From Actinomycetota bacterium (lineage in GTDB: Bacteria; Actinomycetota; Thermoleophilia; RBG-16-64-13): 64,000 nt of DNA. Below, one piece after another: positions 1-9,517 of the stretch. The notes beneath the pieces were generated by a model that worked only from the letters and a program-made list of their open reading frames with translations, did no database searches and was not told the DNA's origin. A program made the position numbers and the translations under genes. The stretch is taken from contig JAAYZX010000007.1 of the NCBI GenBank assembly GCA_012514635.1, positions 23,735 to 87,734 on the forward strand, read 5' to 3'. The number at the start of each line of letters is the position of its first letter. Position 1 is the stretch's first letter.

Positions 1-116
1 CGGCCAAGATGGAGGCTGCCGGGACGTAGAGAACCCGGTGACGGGAAGAGTCTCGTAGAGCGCTTGATCTATTGAAACATTGGGGACAGTAGACTTGAAG
101 AGCATCTGCTGAGAGT

Positions 117-136
117 GTCTGTCGCACGTGCGACAG
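117..136 (+). promoter_or_regulatory. Perfect 18-bp palindrome CTGTCGCACGTGCGACAG abutting the zwf Shine-Dalgarno (candidate operator or SD-sequestering hairpin)
   Basis: The sequence at 119-136 is its own reverse complement. Its 3' arm runs into the AGGAGG at 135-140, 6 nt upstream of the zwf ATG at 146. Confidence 0.3.
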
Positions 137-145
137 GAGGCGGCG

Positions 146-1687
146 ATGAGCACTGTCCCCAGCAGCAACCCCTTGCGCGCCGGGCGCCGGCTGCGCGCGG
201 CGCCGGAACCATCTACCATGGTCATCTTTGGGGCGTCGGGCAACCTTACCCATCGTAAGTTGGTCCCGTCTCTTTACCGATTATTTCTGGACGGGCGGCT
301 CCCGCCGGGGTTCACGGTAGTGGGGTTCGCGCGCCGGGAGTGGTCTGACGATGATTTTCGTTCCTCCATCCATGAGGCCTTGCGGGCTGCCGAGCTTCCC
401 AACCTGGATGCGGAGTTGGGAAGAGCCTTCCTGAGCAGTCTTTTCTTTTGTCCGGCCGAGTTTGGGGACAAGTCGTCGTATGCGTCTCTGCGAGAGCTTC
501 TCCATCAAAAGGACAAGGAGCGGGTACACAGCGGCAACCGCCTCTTCTATCTGGCGGCTCCCCCTGGGACTTATGAGCGGGTGGTCCAGGGATTGGGAGA
601 GAGTGGGTTGGTTCGGTCCGGCGATGCCGCGGAACCCTGGACGCGAATTGTGGTGGAGAAGCCCTTCGGACGCGATCATGATTCGGCTCAAAGGCTCACC
701 GCCGCCCTGCGCCGCTGGTTTCAAGAGGAACAGATCTACCGCATTGATCACTATCTGGGCAAGGAAACGGTCCAGAACATACTCGTCTTTAGACTGGCCA
801 ACGCCATCTTTGAGCCGATTTGGAATCGGGACCATATAGATCACGTGCAGATCACGGTGGCCGAGGACGCCGGCGTGGAGCGTCGCGGTGGCTACTATGA
901 GGAAGCCGGCGCTCTGCGGGACATGATCCAGAATCATTTGTTGCAATTGTTGGCGCTGGTGGCCATGGAGCCGCCCGCGGCCTTCGAAGTTGAAGCCGTA
1001 CGCGACGAGAAGGCCAAGGTGCTTCGCTCTCTTAGACCACCCACGGCAGACCGAGACGGTTCGGCTGTGGTGCGCGGCCAATATGGAGCCGGGGTGGCGC
1101 GCGGCGGCAAGGTGGTTGCCTACCGCGAGGAGTCAGGTGTAGCACCGGACTCCCGTATTGAAACCTACGTGGCGTTGAAGGTGCTCCTCGATAACTGGAG
1201 ATGGGCGGATGTCCCTTTCTTTCTACGCACCGGAAAGCGTCTTCCCAAGAGGATGACTGAGATTGCCATCCAGTTTCGGCGTCCTCCATTGGCCCTCTTC
1301 GGATCCGAAGTTGCCCGTGGTTTGCAACCCAATCTTCTCGTTATGCGCATCCAACCCGATGAGGGTATCACCCTCCGTTTTGGATCGAAGGTTCCCGGAT
1401 CCACTATTCGCATTCACTCCGTGAGCATGGATTTTCACTACGGCACTTCCTTCCAACAGCGTAGCGCGGACGCATACGAGCGATTGCTCCTCGATTGCTT
1501 AGTGGGCGACGCAACGCTCTTCAACAGAGACGATGCTGTGCAGATGGCCTGGAGATACGTGGACAGTGTGCACAGATTGTGGGACGAGGACGCTTCCGAG
1601 CCCGAGTTGTACGAAGCAGGCACGTGGGGCCCGTCCGGAGCAAGACGGCTCATGGACGAAAGTGGAAGAGAATGGAGGCGACTGTGA
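146..1687 (+). CDS. zwf: Glucose-6-phosphate 1-dehydrogenase
   Basis: [18 protein letters not shown]-binding motif, RIDHYLGKE active-site motif, EKPFG. AGGAGG lies 6 nt upstream of the ATG at 146 (the track ORF starts at GTG 128). Confidence 0.9.
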   Translation: MSTVPSSNPLRAGRRLRAAPEPSTMVIFGASGNLTHRKLVPSLYRLFLDGRLPPGFTVVGFARREWSDDDFRSSIHEALRAAELPNLDAELGRAFLSSLFFCPAEFGDKSSYASLRELLHQKDKERVHSGNRLFYLAAPPGTYERVVQGLGESGLVRSGDAAEPWTRIVVEKPFGRDHDSAQRLTAALRRWFQEEQIYRIDHYLGKETVQNILVFRLANAIFEPIWNRDHIDHVQITVAEDAGVERRGGYYEEAGALRDMIQNHLLQLLALVAMEPPAAFEVEAVRDEKAKVLRSLRPPTADRDGSAVVRGQYGAGVARGGKVVAYREESGVAPDSRIETYVALKVLLDNWRWADVPFFLRTGKRLPKRMTEIAIQFRRPPLALFGSEVARGLQPNLLVMRIQPDEGITLRFGSKVPGSTIRIHSVSMDFHYGTSFQQRSADAYERLLLDCLVGDATLFNRDDAVQMAWRYVDSVHRLWDEDASEPELYEAGTWGPSGARRLMDESGREWRRL

Positions 1688-2928
1688 ATGAGTTTACCCG
1701 CTGGACCGCACTGGCGGACGTCGAGTCTGTGGTGCACGAGCTGTGGAGCCGGGTGAACGAGAGTCGGCCCTGGGCAGACAAAGGGGCGTCGCTGGCCCTT
1801 CGTCAGCTCAACCTTATTGTACTGGCTCGTGGTGGGCGACAGGCGAAGAGGGCGTCGTCGGTGCTGGAAGCGCTGGCAGCCGCGTTTCCCGCACGGGCGG
1901 TTGTTATGGCGGAGCAAATGCCCGGCGATCGTGTAGAAGAACCACGCGAACTACTGCATGAGGCTCATCCGCTTGCGCGGGTCACAGTTCGTTGTGGTGC
2001 CCCCGGTACGGTCGGGCCGCCGATTTGTTGGGAGGAGATGGTGGTGCCTGTGCGTCGGGAGGATGCGTCGCTCCTGCAGAGCTACGCCGAACCGTTGCTC
2101 TTGGGTGATCTTCCGGTGGTGCTCTGGGTTCCCCAAGAGCCGGATTGCTCTGCGCAGGACTTCCGACGTCTTGCCGACATGGCGGATCGGGTGGTGCTTG
2201 ATTCAGCCGCCTTCGATGCGCCGATTCGAGGCCTTCGGCTCGTGGCCGATCTTGTGCGAGAGATGGCCGGTCACAGGACGGTAGGCGATCTGAGTTGGGC
2301 CAGACTCACGCCGTGGCGGGAGCTGGTGGCGGATGTATTTGAAGACCCCGCGCGTAGAGACATGCTGGACCGCGTCGAGACATTGACGGTGGGCTATGGC
2401 AGCGAGGTGGTGGACAGTGAGTTGGCTGCGGGAGGTGAGGAACACCTGAGTCCAGCGGTGGCCCGTGCTCTGTTGTTCTGCAGTTGGATGGCGAGTCGTC
2501 TGGGCTGGGTACTGGGAGGACGAGGCTGGCACAAGGAAGGCGATGTATCGGTGCTGGAGATGAGGCGCGCAGGTGTGAAGATGACGCCGGGGTCAACGAT
2601 TCTGTTTCGTCTCCATCCCCACCGGTGCCTGCCCGGGGAGTTCGGGGGTCTGGAGACGGTCACGCTGGAGGTGGCGGGAAAGACTTCAGGTACGCCGGGA
2701 GCGGTGATCACCATAAAGCGGACCCCTGATTCGGGCGTGTGCTCGTCGCGCCTCCGGTATGAGGGTCGCGAGGTAGATATTAGGACCATTGACATGCCCC
2801 TACCCACCGAGGAGGCCCTGTTGGCCGAGGAACTGAGCTACGTGGGGAGCGATACCGTATTTGAGGAGTCTCTGGCAGTGGCTGCGCAACTGAGTGGTCT
2901 TCCGGGGAGCGAAGGTCTGGTTATATGA
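1672..2928 (+). CDS. opcA: OpcA-like glucose-6-phosphate dehydrogenase assembly protein
   Basis: Sits between zwf and pgl as in actinobacterial and cyanobacterial zwf-opcA-pgl operons. The ATG at 1672 overlaps the zwf 3' end with GGAAGAGA upstream. About 419 aa. Confidence 0.6.
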   Translation: MEATVNEFTRWTALADVESVVHELWSRVNESRPWADKGASLALRQLNLIVLARGGRQAKRASSVLEALAAAFPARAVVMAEQMPGDRVEEPRELLHEAHPLARVTVRCGAPGTVGPPICWEEMVVPVRREDASLLQSYAEPLLLGDLPVVLWVPQEPDCSAQDFRRLADMADRVVLDSAAFDAPIRGLRLVADLVREMAGHRTVGDLSWARLTPWRELVADVFEDPARRDMLDRVETLTVGYGSEVVDSELAAGGEEHLSPAVARALLFCSWMASRLGWVLGGRGWHKEGDVSVLEMRRAGVKMTPGSTILFRLHPHRCLPGEFGGLETVTLEVAGKTSGTPGAVITIKRTPDSGVCSSRLRYEGREVDIRTIDMPLPTEEALLAEELSYVGSDTVFEESLAVAAQLSGLPGSEGLVI

Positions 2929-3713
2929 TGGAAGTCCGGCTAATCGTCTGCGGGTCGGCGGATGCGGCTGCGGAGGCCGCGGCCGCCACCTTTGCACAGG
3001 TGGCCGTGCAGGCGGTGGCGGAGCGCGGAAGGTTCCTGTCTGCATTGAGCGGGGGACAGACTCCGAGGGCTTTGTATACGTTGCTGGCCGATCCCCGCTT
3101 GGCACCGCCGGTGGCGTGGGAGCGTACCCATCTGTTCTTCGTTGACGAAAGATGCGTGCCACCTACGGACAAGCGGAGTAACTATGGTGCGGTGCAGGAC
3201 ACAGGGTTGTTGCATCGCCCGTTGGCGGGTGTGTATCGAATGGAGGGCGAGCGGCCGCCGCCGGAGGCGGCGGCCGCCTACGAAGCCATCATGTATCGCA
3301 TGGTTTCAGAATCTGCGGACGAAAGGTGTGCGGTGCCGCAACTGGATCTTGTCATTCTCGGTGTGGGAGCAGATGGGCATACGGCTTCGCTGTTTCCTGG
3401 GTCAGATGCAACGAGGGAGGGGCAACGGTTGGTGCTGGCGACTACGTCGCCGGATGGTCTGGAGCGGGTCACGTTGACTTTCCCTGTGCTGTGGGCCGCG
3501 CGGCACACCCTGTTGCTGGTGACGGGAGGCGGCAAGGCTACAGTGGTGGAGCAGGTGTTGTCCGCGGCCGGAGAGGGACATGGAGGCCAGGGGCCACCGG
3601 CGGCGCGCGCGATCGCGGGCGCGCGCGCCGCCACGGTATTGTTGGACAGGGAGGCGGCATCCCTCCTGAGCAAGGACGCGCTTGAGGCTGCGGGCGTTTG
3701 CGGACTGCAGTGA
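2925..3713 (+). CDS. pgl: 6-phosphogluconolactonase
   Basis: SGGQTP, FFVDERCVP, LVILGVGADGHTASLFPG motifs. ATGA start/stop overlap with opcA. Confidence 0.85.
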   Translation: MMEVRLIVCGSADAAAEAAAATFAQVAVQAVAERGRFLSALSGGQTPRALYTLLADPRLAPPVAWERTHLFFVDERCVPPTDKRSNYGAVQDTGLLHRPLAGVYRMEGERPPPEAAAAYEAIMYRMVSESADERCAVPQLDLVILGVGADGHTASLFPGSDATREGQRLVLATTSPDGLERVTLTFPVLWAARHTLLLVTGGGKATVVEQVLSAAGEGHGGQGPPAARAIAGARAATVLLDREAASLLSKDALEAAGVCGLQ

Positions 3714-3775
3714 GCTTCGCTACAATCACGGCTTCCTTGAAGGCTTTCCAAACCCCCTGAGAGGAGAGGGCGGTG

Positions 3776-4381
3776 ATGGCCCAGAGCAAGGACTTTGGAG
3801 ACGGTTCGTTCGCGGCAAGGAGCGGATCGCCTACGGACGTGGTCGTGCTGATGGATGAGGAACGCGTGAAGCGTACTCTGGCCCGTATCGCGCACGAAAT
3901 AGCCGAGCAGGCGCCGGATGGGGAGCACGTGGCCTTCGTCGGGATCCAGCGGCGTGGCGTGGAACTCGCCGAACGGTTGGCATCAATCACCGCGGAGTTC
4001 AACGACTATCATCCGGTCACCGGTTCTATCGATATCACCTTCTACCGAGACGATATTGACACACGGCCCCCCACCCTCGCCTACGAGCAACCTGTGGTTC
4101 GCTCCAGCCGTATTCCCTTTAATGTGAACGGCACCACCATCGTACTTGTGGATGATGTGTTGCAGACCGGGCGTACCATTCGCGCGGCCATCGAGGCGCT
4201 CTTTGATTACGGGCGGCCGGCGGCGGTGCGCTTAGCCGTGCTGGTGGATCGGGGTCATCGCGAACTGCCCATCCGGCCGGACTTCGTAGGCAAGAACGTG
4301 CCCACGGCACGTAGCGAGAAGATTATCGTGCACCTGGTGGAACTTGACGGCATAGACGAAGTACTGCTGGAGAAACCGTAA
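3776..4381 (+). CDS. pyrR: Bifunctional pyrimidine operon regulator / uracil phosphoribosyltransferase PyrR
   Basis: PRTase motif VLVDDVLQTGRTIRAA. Full-length similarity to PyrR (about 200 aa). Confidence 0.9.
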   Translation: MAQSKDFGDGSFAARSGSPTDVVVLMDEERVKRTLARIAHEIAEQAPDGEHVAFVGIQRRGVELAERLASITAEFNDYHPVTGSIDITFYRDDIDTRPPTLAYEQPVVRSSRIPFNVNGTTIVLVDDVLQTGRTIRAAIEALFDYGRPAAVRLAVLVDRGHRELPIRPDFVGKNVPTARSEKIIVHLVELDGIDEVLLEKP

Positions 4382-4394
4382 AGGGATGTAGCTC

Positions 4395-4994
4395 GTGATC
4401 CGCGACGACGCCATCATCACCGAGATCAACGCGCTGTGGCTTCCCATCTATCCGTATATGGCGAAGCATCTCATGGCCGTATCGCAGTGTGAGGGCGGGA
4501 GATTACTCGATTTAGGCCCGTTTGCCGGAGGCCTTGCCGTCTCTCTTCTGCGGAGATGTGAGACGTGTACGGCCGTTGTGATCGACGAATCGGAGCCGGT
4601 GTTGCGTTGGGCGGAGGAGCAGGCTGTTGTGGGTAGCTGCGCCTCGCGGCTGACCGCGTGCGGACTTCCTCTCTATCCCATACCCGAGTCGGACGCTTCT
4701 TTCGATCTGGTGGCCGTTCGCGGCGCCTTCTTCTTTCTTACCCCAGAACTCCTGCGCGAGGTGCGACGTGTGTTGCGGCCGGGCGGATTCGGCTGGGTGG
4801 GAGGAGGTTACGGTCCCGCCACGCCGGACGAGATAATCGCGCCCATTGCGGATCGCTCCAAGATACTCAACGAAACCATTGGTAAGCGTCGCATAGCCCC
4901 AGCGGACGCTCAAGCCATGGTGAGTGCTGCCGGTCTCGGTGGCTGCGCCCGAGTAGCAGAGGAAGGCGGTCTGTGGATCGAAATACGGATCTGA
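4395..4994 (+). CDS. Hypothetical protein, class I SAM-methyltransferase-like with a degenerate motif I
   Basis: LLDLGPFAGG (degenerate GxGxG), FDLVAVRGAFFF and VLRPGGFGWVGG resemble MTase motifs I, post-I and the region after. GTG start with AAGGGA RBS. Inserted between pyrR and pyrB. Confidence 0.4.
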   Translation: MIRDDAIITEINALWLPIYPYMAKHLMAVSQCEGGRLLDLGPFAGGLAVSLLRRCETCTAVVIDESEPVLRWAEEQAVVGSCASRLTACGLPLYPIPESDASFDLVAVRGAFFFLTPELLREVRRVLRPGGFGWVGGGYGPATPDEIIAPIADRSKILNETIGKRRIAPADAQAMVSAAGLGGCARVAEEGGLWIEIRI

Positions 4995-5063
4995 TCGCCA
5001 TCCAGGGTTGATTGTATGTGCGGTTGATCGTGGCTATAAGCTGAAGCGCCTCCGGCTGTCGGC

Positions 5064-5273
5064 TTAGGCCGCCTTTTCCAGCCGCTCCCGAGCTTCTGCC
5101 GCTTCTTTGCTATCGTATGTGAAGAGAACGACTGCTACGAGTAGGAGAAGCAGCCCAAGAAACAGCATGATAGGCATCCATGTGGCGCCGCCATCTCGGT
5201 TGATGATAGAAAGGACTATGGCCGCCGCTCCGGCGACAGTAAGGACGCCTCCTCCTGCCTGTGATGACTTCAT
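5064..5273 (-). CDS. Small membrane protein (69 aa, 2 predicted TM helices)
   Basis: GGGAAGGGAGA RBS upstream of the ATG on the minus strand. Two hydrophobic stretches. Charged C-terminus. Confidence 0.45.
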   Translation of the reverse strand: MKSSQAGGGVLTVAGAAAIVLSIINRDGGATWMPIMLFLGLLLLLVAVVLFTYDSKEAAEARERLEKAA

Positions 5274-5461
5274 GGCTATCTCCCTTCCCTAATGGTTCGC
5301 GGAGGATATAAAGTGGTCCACGGCGTCAGCATACATAAAAATAAAATAAAAAACTAGGACTTAATAGACAATCTGTCATAAAGGCCACCAGACGGCAGAG
5401 ACGCGCAGGCTGTGTGCCCGATTGCGGTTGGTTGTAGAATGAACGCGGCAGATGAGGCCGA

Positions 5462-5498
5462 CCTTTAAGCGCGTCCAGAGAGGCCGGAAGGGAGCCGC
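5462..5498 (+). promoter_or_regulatory. PyrR-binding box overlapping the pyrB RBS, with an upstream extended -10 (TGTAGAAT at 5436-5443)
   Basis: CCTTTAAGCGCGTCCAGAGAGGCCGGAAGGGAGCC matches the PyrR binding-loop consensus (R)UCCAGAGAGGCYGGNAAGG. It ends 3 nt before the ATG at 5502. Confidence 0.6.
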
Positions 5499-5501
5499 AC
5501 C

Positions 5502-6419
5502 ATGCATCTCATATCTATCGACGATCTGTCCGTAGCCGATATCAAAGCTCTATTTCAGCTCAGTGATGGCTTTTTGGAAGTCGCCGCGCGCCCTATCAAG
5601 AAGGTGCCCACCCTGCGGGGCCGCACGCAGGTCAATATGTTCTTCGAGCCCAGCACCCGAACTCAGGCATCTTTCGAGATCGCCGGCAAACGTCTTTCGG
5701 CCGACGTCATAAATATTAAGGGATCATCTTCGGCCGTGGCCAAGGGCGAAAGCCTGAAAGACACCATCCTGACACTGGAGAGCTATCGGCCGGACATTAT
5801 TGTCATACGGCATGCGCAGGTGGGAGCTTCGCGCATGGCCACACGTTACACCAAGGCATCGGTCATCAACGCCGGTGATGGTACGGGCGAACATCCTACG
5901 CAGTGCCTGCTCGATCTCTACAGTCTGCGTCGCACCTATGGGGCCCTCAAAGGACTCAAGGTGGCAATAGTAGGTGATGTCGTCAGCAGTCGTGTGGCCC
6001 GCTCCAACATATTCGGGTTCCGCAAGATGGGAATCGAGGTGCGTCTGGTGGGACCGCCCACGCTCATGCCGCCCGGCATCGAATGCTGGGACGTTCCCGT
6101 CCACTATGATCTGGAAGCGCTTAGAGACGTAGACGTCATCTATCTTCTACGCATGCAACTGGAGCGGGTGCAGGGGGGGCTGGTGGCTGTGCCCAGCCTG
6201 CGCGAGTATAGCCGAGTCTGGGGTCTGGATCCCTATAGGCTGCAACCGGGGCAGCGAGTCATGCACCCCGGACCCATCAATCGCGGAGTGGAAATGACCG
6301 GAGACCTTGCCGACTGTGAGCAGAGCCTCATCCTCCACCAGGTGGAGTCGGGCCTGGCCGTGCGTATGGCCATCCTCTACCAAGCGTTGGCGCCGCAGCT
6401 GGAAGAGGAGGCGGCGTAG
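5502..6419 (+). CDS. pyrB: Aspartate carbamoyltransferase catalytic subunit
   Basis: STRTQASFE, HPTQCLLD, HPGP motifs. 305 aa. Confidence 0.92.
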   Translation: MHLISIDDLSVADIKALFQLSDGFLEVAARPIKKVPTLRGRTQVNMFFEPSTRTQASFEIAGKRLSADVINIKGSSSAVAKGESLKDTILTLESYRPDIIVIRHAQVGASRMATRYTKASVINAGDGTGEHPTQCLLDLYSLRRTYGALKGLKVAIVGDVVSSRVARSNIFGFRKMGIEVRLVGPPTLMPPGIECWDVPVHYDLEALRDVDVIYLLRMQLERVQGGLVAVPSLREYSRVWGLDPYRLQPGQRVMHPGPINRGVEMTGDLADCEQSLILHQVESGLAVRMAILYQALAPQLEEEAA

Positions 6420-6421
6420 AG

Positions 6422-6640
6422 TCAGTTCATTCCGGGGGCCACGTAACCCGTGTCCTTGCGTTGGTGGGCCAGGCGCGGTCGGAGCGCCTGTTCCTTGATC
6501 ATGGCAGCCGGCTCATGCGGGTCGGCAAGCATGCAGTAGTAATCCGGGCCGTCCTTGATCTTCAGGACCACACACTTTTCCTCGAGCTCTACATCTTCGA
6601 TAGTGGAAAGCGGTACCACGTCCGGTATGTCGGTGCCCAT
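6422..6640 (-). CDS. Small hypothetical protein (72 aa) convergent with pyrB
   Basis: GGAGGAG RBS 4 nt upstream of the ATG at 6640 on the minus strand. The sequence MGTDIPDVVPLSTIEDVELEEKCVVLKIKDGPDYYCM is not low-complexity. No family recognised. Confidence 0.35.
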   Translation of the reverse strand: MGTDIPDVVPLSTIEDVELEEKCVVLKIKDGPDYYCMLADPHEPAAMIKEQALRPRLAHQRKDTGYVAPGMN

Positions 6641-6806
6641 GCCGCTCCTCCTTCCAGGTGTACGGCATCGTCTGCGCAGCACCCTTCCGGCATGATAAAG
6701 AAACCGCAGCAACTCTATACCCATTCAGAAGTGAGAAGAACACGGGTGCCCAGTATCCGGCGCGCCACGTTTGCGGGTACGCCTGCCCCGCGCTAAGATG
6801 AGACTG

Positions 6807-6842
6807 CCTTTAATCGGATCTCGTGAGACCGAAAGGAACCCC
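6807..6842 (+). promoter_or_regulatory. PyrR-binding box overlapping the pyrC RBS (possible promoter TTTGCG-18-TAAGAT upstream)
   Basis: CCTTTAATCGGATCTCGTGAGACCGAAAGGAACCCC is near-identical to the boxes before pyrB and carB. It ends 2 nt before the ATG at 6845. Confidence 0.55.
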
Positions 6843-6844
6843 GG

Positions 6845-8263
6845 ATGATCTCACCCACTTCCGGCCCCGCGCTACGCTTGGCGTGTCGGTCGCTCCCGCA
6901 AGAGCGCCTACTCCTCCCCTCCGTTCATCTGTTCGATCCTGCGCACCACGTGGACCGTATCGCCGATCTGCTCATCGAAGGCGGGACTATTGCGAAGATG
7001 GGTGACGGAATGGCGGTTCCCAGCGGTGTGGAGATCCTTAACGAATTCCGAGGATGCTGGGTGTTTCCAGGGTTTGTGGACATGCACACACACCTGCGCA
7101 CGCCCGGACAGGAGTACAAGGAAGATGTGGTCAGCGCCTCCAGGGCGGCGGCGGCGGGAGGTTTCGTAGCCGTAGTGGGCATGGCCAACACCGATCCTCC
7201 GGTGGATGTGGGTCCACTGGCTTCGTGGGTACTCGACCAGGCGGCGGTGGGCTCCGAGGTGCTGGTGGGCCAAGTAGGCGCTGTCAGCCACGGGGTTCAG
7301 GGTGAACACATGGCTGAGTTGAGAGAGTTATGCGAGGCGGGTGTCGCGGCCCTCTCCGACGACGGCCGGCCGGTGAACAACGCCGATCTTCTATTGCAGG
7401 CACTCCGCTATCTGCGGGGTACGGGTAGACCTGTACTGCTGCATCTGGAAGATCGTTCCCTATCGGCCACCGGCGTGATGCACGAGGGGCGTTGGAGCGC
7501 GCGTCTGGGTTTGCGCGGTATCCCAACGGCCGCCGAGACGGGACCTTTGGCGAGAGATTTGGAGATCGTCGCTTACGCCGCGCGCGAGGAAGAGAGACAG
7601 ACGGATGAAGGCCACGAGCGGTCCAATGGTGGCGGAGAAGGCAGCGGTAGGCCTTTGGTTCACTTTCAGCACCTGTCCTGTGCAGAGAGCGTTGGTCTCA
7701 TCCGTGCTGCCAAGGGTCAAGGTCTTCCCATCTCGTGCGAAGTGACACCTCACCATCTTGTGCTCACAGACGAGGCGGTGCAGAGCTTCGATCAGAACCT
7801 GAAAATAAACCCGCCCCTACGTTGCGAGGAAGCCCGTCGTGCCCTGGTGGCGGCTCTGGCCGATGGGACCATAGACTGCGTAGGCACTGATCACGCGCCT
7901 CACGCACCGCACGAGAAGGAAGTGCCGTTTGCGGATGCATTGTTTGGCACGGTGGGTCTGGAGACGGCCTTCGCCGTGCTCTATGGGACGCTGGTTGTAC
8001 CGGGAGATCTATCGTTGGACCGGCTCATCGATGCCATGTCGACAACTCCCAGTCGCGTGCTGGGGATGGAAGCGCCCCGGCTGGAAGTGGGTGCGCCTGC
8101 CCACCTCTGCGTGGTGGATCTTGATGAGGAGTGGACTGTGACCACGGCCGACCTGATGGGGAAGTGTCGTAACTCGGCGTTTTTGGGTCGTAGAGTGCAG
8201 GGACGCGTTGTTCTGACCGTGGTCGCCGGGGCCCGACGTTTCTCTCGCGAACGCAAGGAGTAG
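6845..8263 (+). CDS. pyrC: Dihydroorotase
   Basis: FVDMHTHLRTPG metal-binding motif, DHAPH motif. About 22-aa low-complexity insertion (REEERQTDEGHERSNGGGEGSG) relative to canonical DHOases. Confidence 0.88.
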   Translation: MISPTSGPALRLACRSLPQERLLLPSVHLFDPAHHVDRIADLLIEGGTIAKMGDGMAVPSGVEILNEFRGCWVFPGFVDMHTHLRTPGQEYKEDVVSASRAAAAGGFVAVVGMANTDPPVDVGPLASWVLDQAAVGSEVLVGQVGAVSHGVQGEHMAELRELCEAGVAALSDDGRPVNNADLLLQALRYLRGTGRPVLLHLEDRSLSATGVMHEGRWSARLGLRGIPTAAETGPLARDLEIVAYAAREEERQTDEGHERSNGGGEGSGRPLVHFQHLSCAESVGLIRAAKGQGLPISCEVTPHHLVLTDEAVQSFDQNLKINPPLRCEEARRALVAALADGTIDCVGTDHAPHAPHEKEVPFADALFGTVGLETAFAVLYGTLVVPGDLSLDRLIDAMSTTPSRVLGMEAPRLEVGAPAHLCVVDLDEEWTVTTADLMGKCRNSAFLGRRVQGRVVLTVVAGARRFSRERKE

Positions 8264-8267
8264 GGTC

Positions 8268-9473
8268 GTGTATAGAAGCGATGTCCCGGGTTACGTTGTT
8301 TTGGAGGACGGTACGGCCTTTCTGGGCTTCGGTTTTGGGGCCGTGGGGAAGGCCTTCGGTGAGATGGTTTTCAACACCGGGATGACCGGGTATCAGGAGA
8401 TGGTGACCGATCCTTCCTATCACGGGCAGATAATTACGTTCACCTATCCCATGATCGGCAACCACGGGGTGGGACGGTGGCTCATGGAATCCAGCGGTCC
8501 TAAAGTCGGAGCTGTTGTGGTACGCGAGGCCAAGAACACCAACTACGATCGCACCTGCCCCGAGGCTTGGATAGACTGGCTCTCTGCCAACGGTGTAGTG
8601 GGCGTGGGAGGTGTCGACACTAGGGCGCTGGTCGGGCGTGTTCGCAGACTGGGCGCCATGACTGCGTGCGTAGCTGCCGGCCACGAGTTCAGCGTAAACA
8701 AGCTTCTCGAGGAGACACGTGGTTTCCCGGGTCTATCAGGGCGTGATCTTGTCCAGGATCTTACCTGCTCGGCACCGTATGAAGCTCAGGCTGAGGAGCT
8801 GTTCCCCGACGGCCCTCCCCCGGATTTGGATGGGCGTCGGTACCACGTGGTGGCTTTCGACTACGGCATCAAATACTCCATCCTGCGACGGCTGTTGGCG
8901 GCGGGCTGCCGTGTGACCGTAGTACCTGCCGGATACACGGCGGATGCCGTGCTTGCCCTGAAACCTCAGGGTATTCTGCTTTCCAATGGACCGGGTGACC
9001 CGGCCCCTTTAACATATGCCGTGCACGTCATTCGCAACCTTGTAGGAGTCGTTCCTATCTTTGGGATAGGTCTGGGTCATCAACTGCTTTCTCTGGCCGT
9101 TGGATTAGGAACCTTCAAGTTAAAAGCAGGGCATCGAGGTTTGAACCATCCCGTTAAGAATTACCCTAGAGACTCCATCGAAATCACCAGCCAGAACCAC
9201 GGTTTTGCGGTGGAGCCACCGCCCGTAGTGGCTCAGGTTCTTGCGCGAGACGGTGATCTTTCGGCCATTCCCGCTGAGGTTCTGTGGATGGATTCCGCTT
9301 ATGGTCCGGTACGGGTGACGCACCTCAGCCTGAATGACGGCACGGTAGAGGGATTGGAGTTGCCCGACGTTGCCGTCTTGAGTGTACAGAACCAGCCCGA
9401 GGCCGGACCCGGGCCTCATGATGGTCTCTATATGTTTCAGCGCTTCATTGAACTGATGGAACGGGGCGTGTAG
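8268..9473 (+). CDS. carA: Carbamoyl-phosphate synthase small (glutaminase) subunit
   Basis: N-terminal CPSase small-chain domain (GMTGYQE). Class I GATase catalytic triad context (GIGLGHQLL). GTG start with GGAGTAGGG RBS. Confidence 0.9.
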   Translation: MYRSDVPGYVVLEDGTAFLGFGFGAVGKAFGEMVFNTGMTGYQEMVTDPSYHGQIITFTYPMIGNHGVGRWLMESSGPKVGAVVVREAKNTNYDRTCPEAWIDWLSANGVVGVGGVDTRALVGRVRRLGAMTACVAAGHEFSVNKLLEETRGFPGLSGRDLVQDLTCSAPYEAQAEELFPDGPPPDLDGRRYHVVAFDYGIKYSILRRLLAAGCRVTVVPAGYTADAVLALKPQGILLSNGPGDPAPLTYAVHVIRNLVGVVPIFGIGLGHQLLSLAVGLGTFKLKAGHRGLNHPVKNYPRDSIEITSQNHGFAVEPPPVVAQVLARDGDLSAIPAEVLWMDSAYGPVRVTHLSLNDGTVEGLELPDVAVLSVQNQPEAGPGPHDGLYMFQRFIELMERGV

Positions 9474-9517
9474 AGGGTGGGGCGGCACGAATCCGTGATT
9501 AATTTGCGAGGAGTGAC

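Noticed and set aside
281-1081. Long antisense ORFs opposite clear genes (e.g. 281-1081, 8025-8684, 10647-11135, 19435-20217, 21178-21915, 23187-24074, 25193-25813, 28623-29696, 34763-35335, 57635-58498, 60351-60995)
   Set aside because: High-GC frame shadows: Arg/Ala/Pro/Ser-rich low-complexity translations with no RBS, overlapping well-supported genes on the other strand.
6823-7005. ORFs beginning MRPKGTP at 6823 and 45243
   Set aside because: The shared N-terminus is the translated PyrR-box repeat (GTGAGACCGAAAGGAACCCC). The real starts are the ATGs at 6845 (pyrC) and 45264 (carB).
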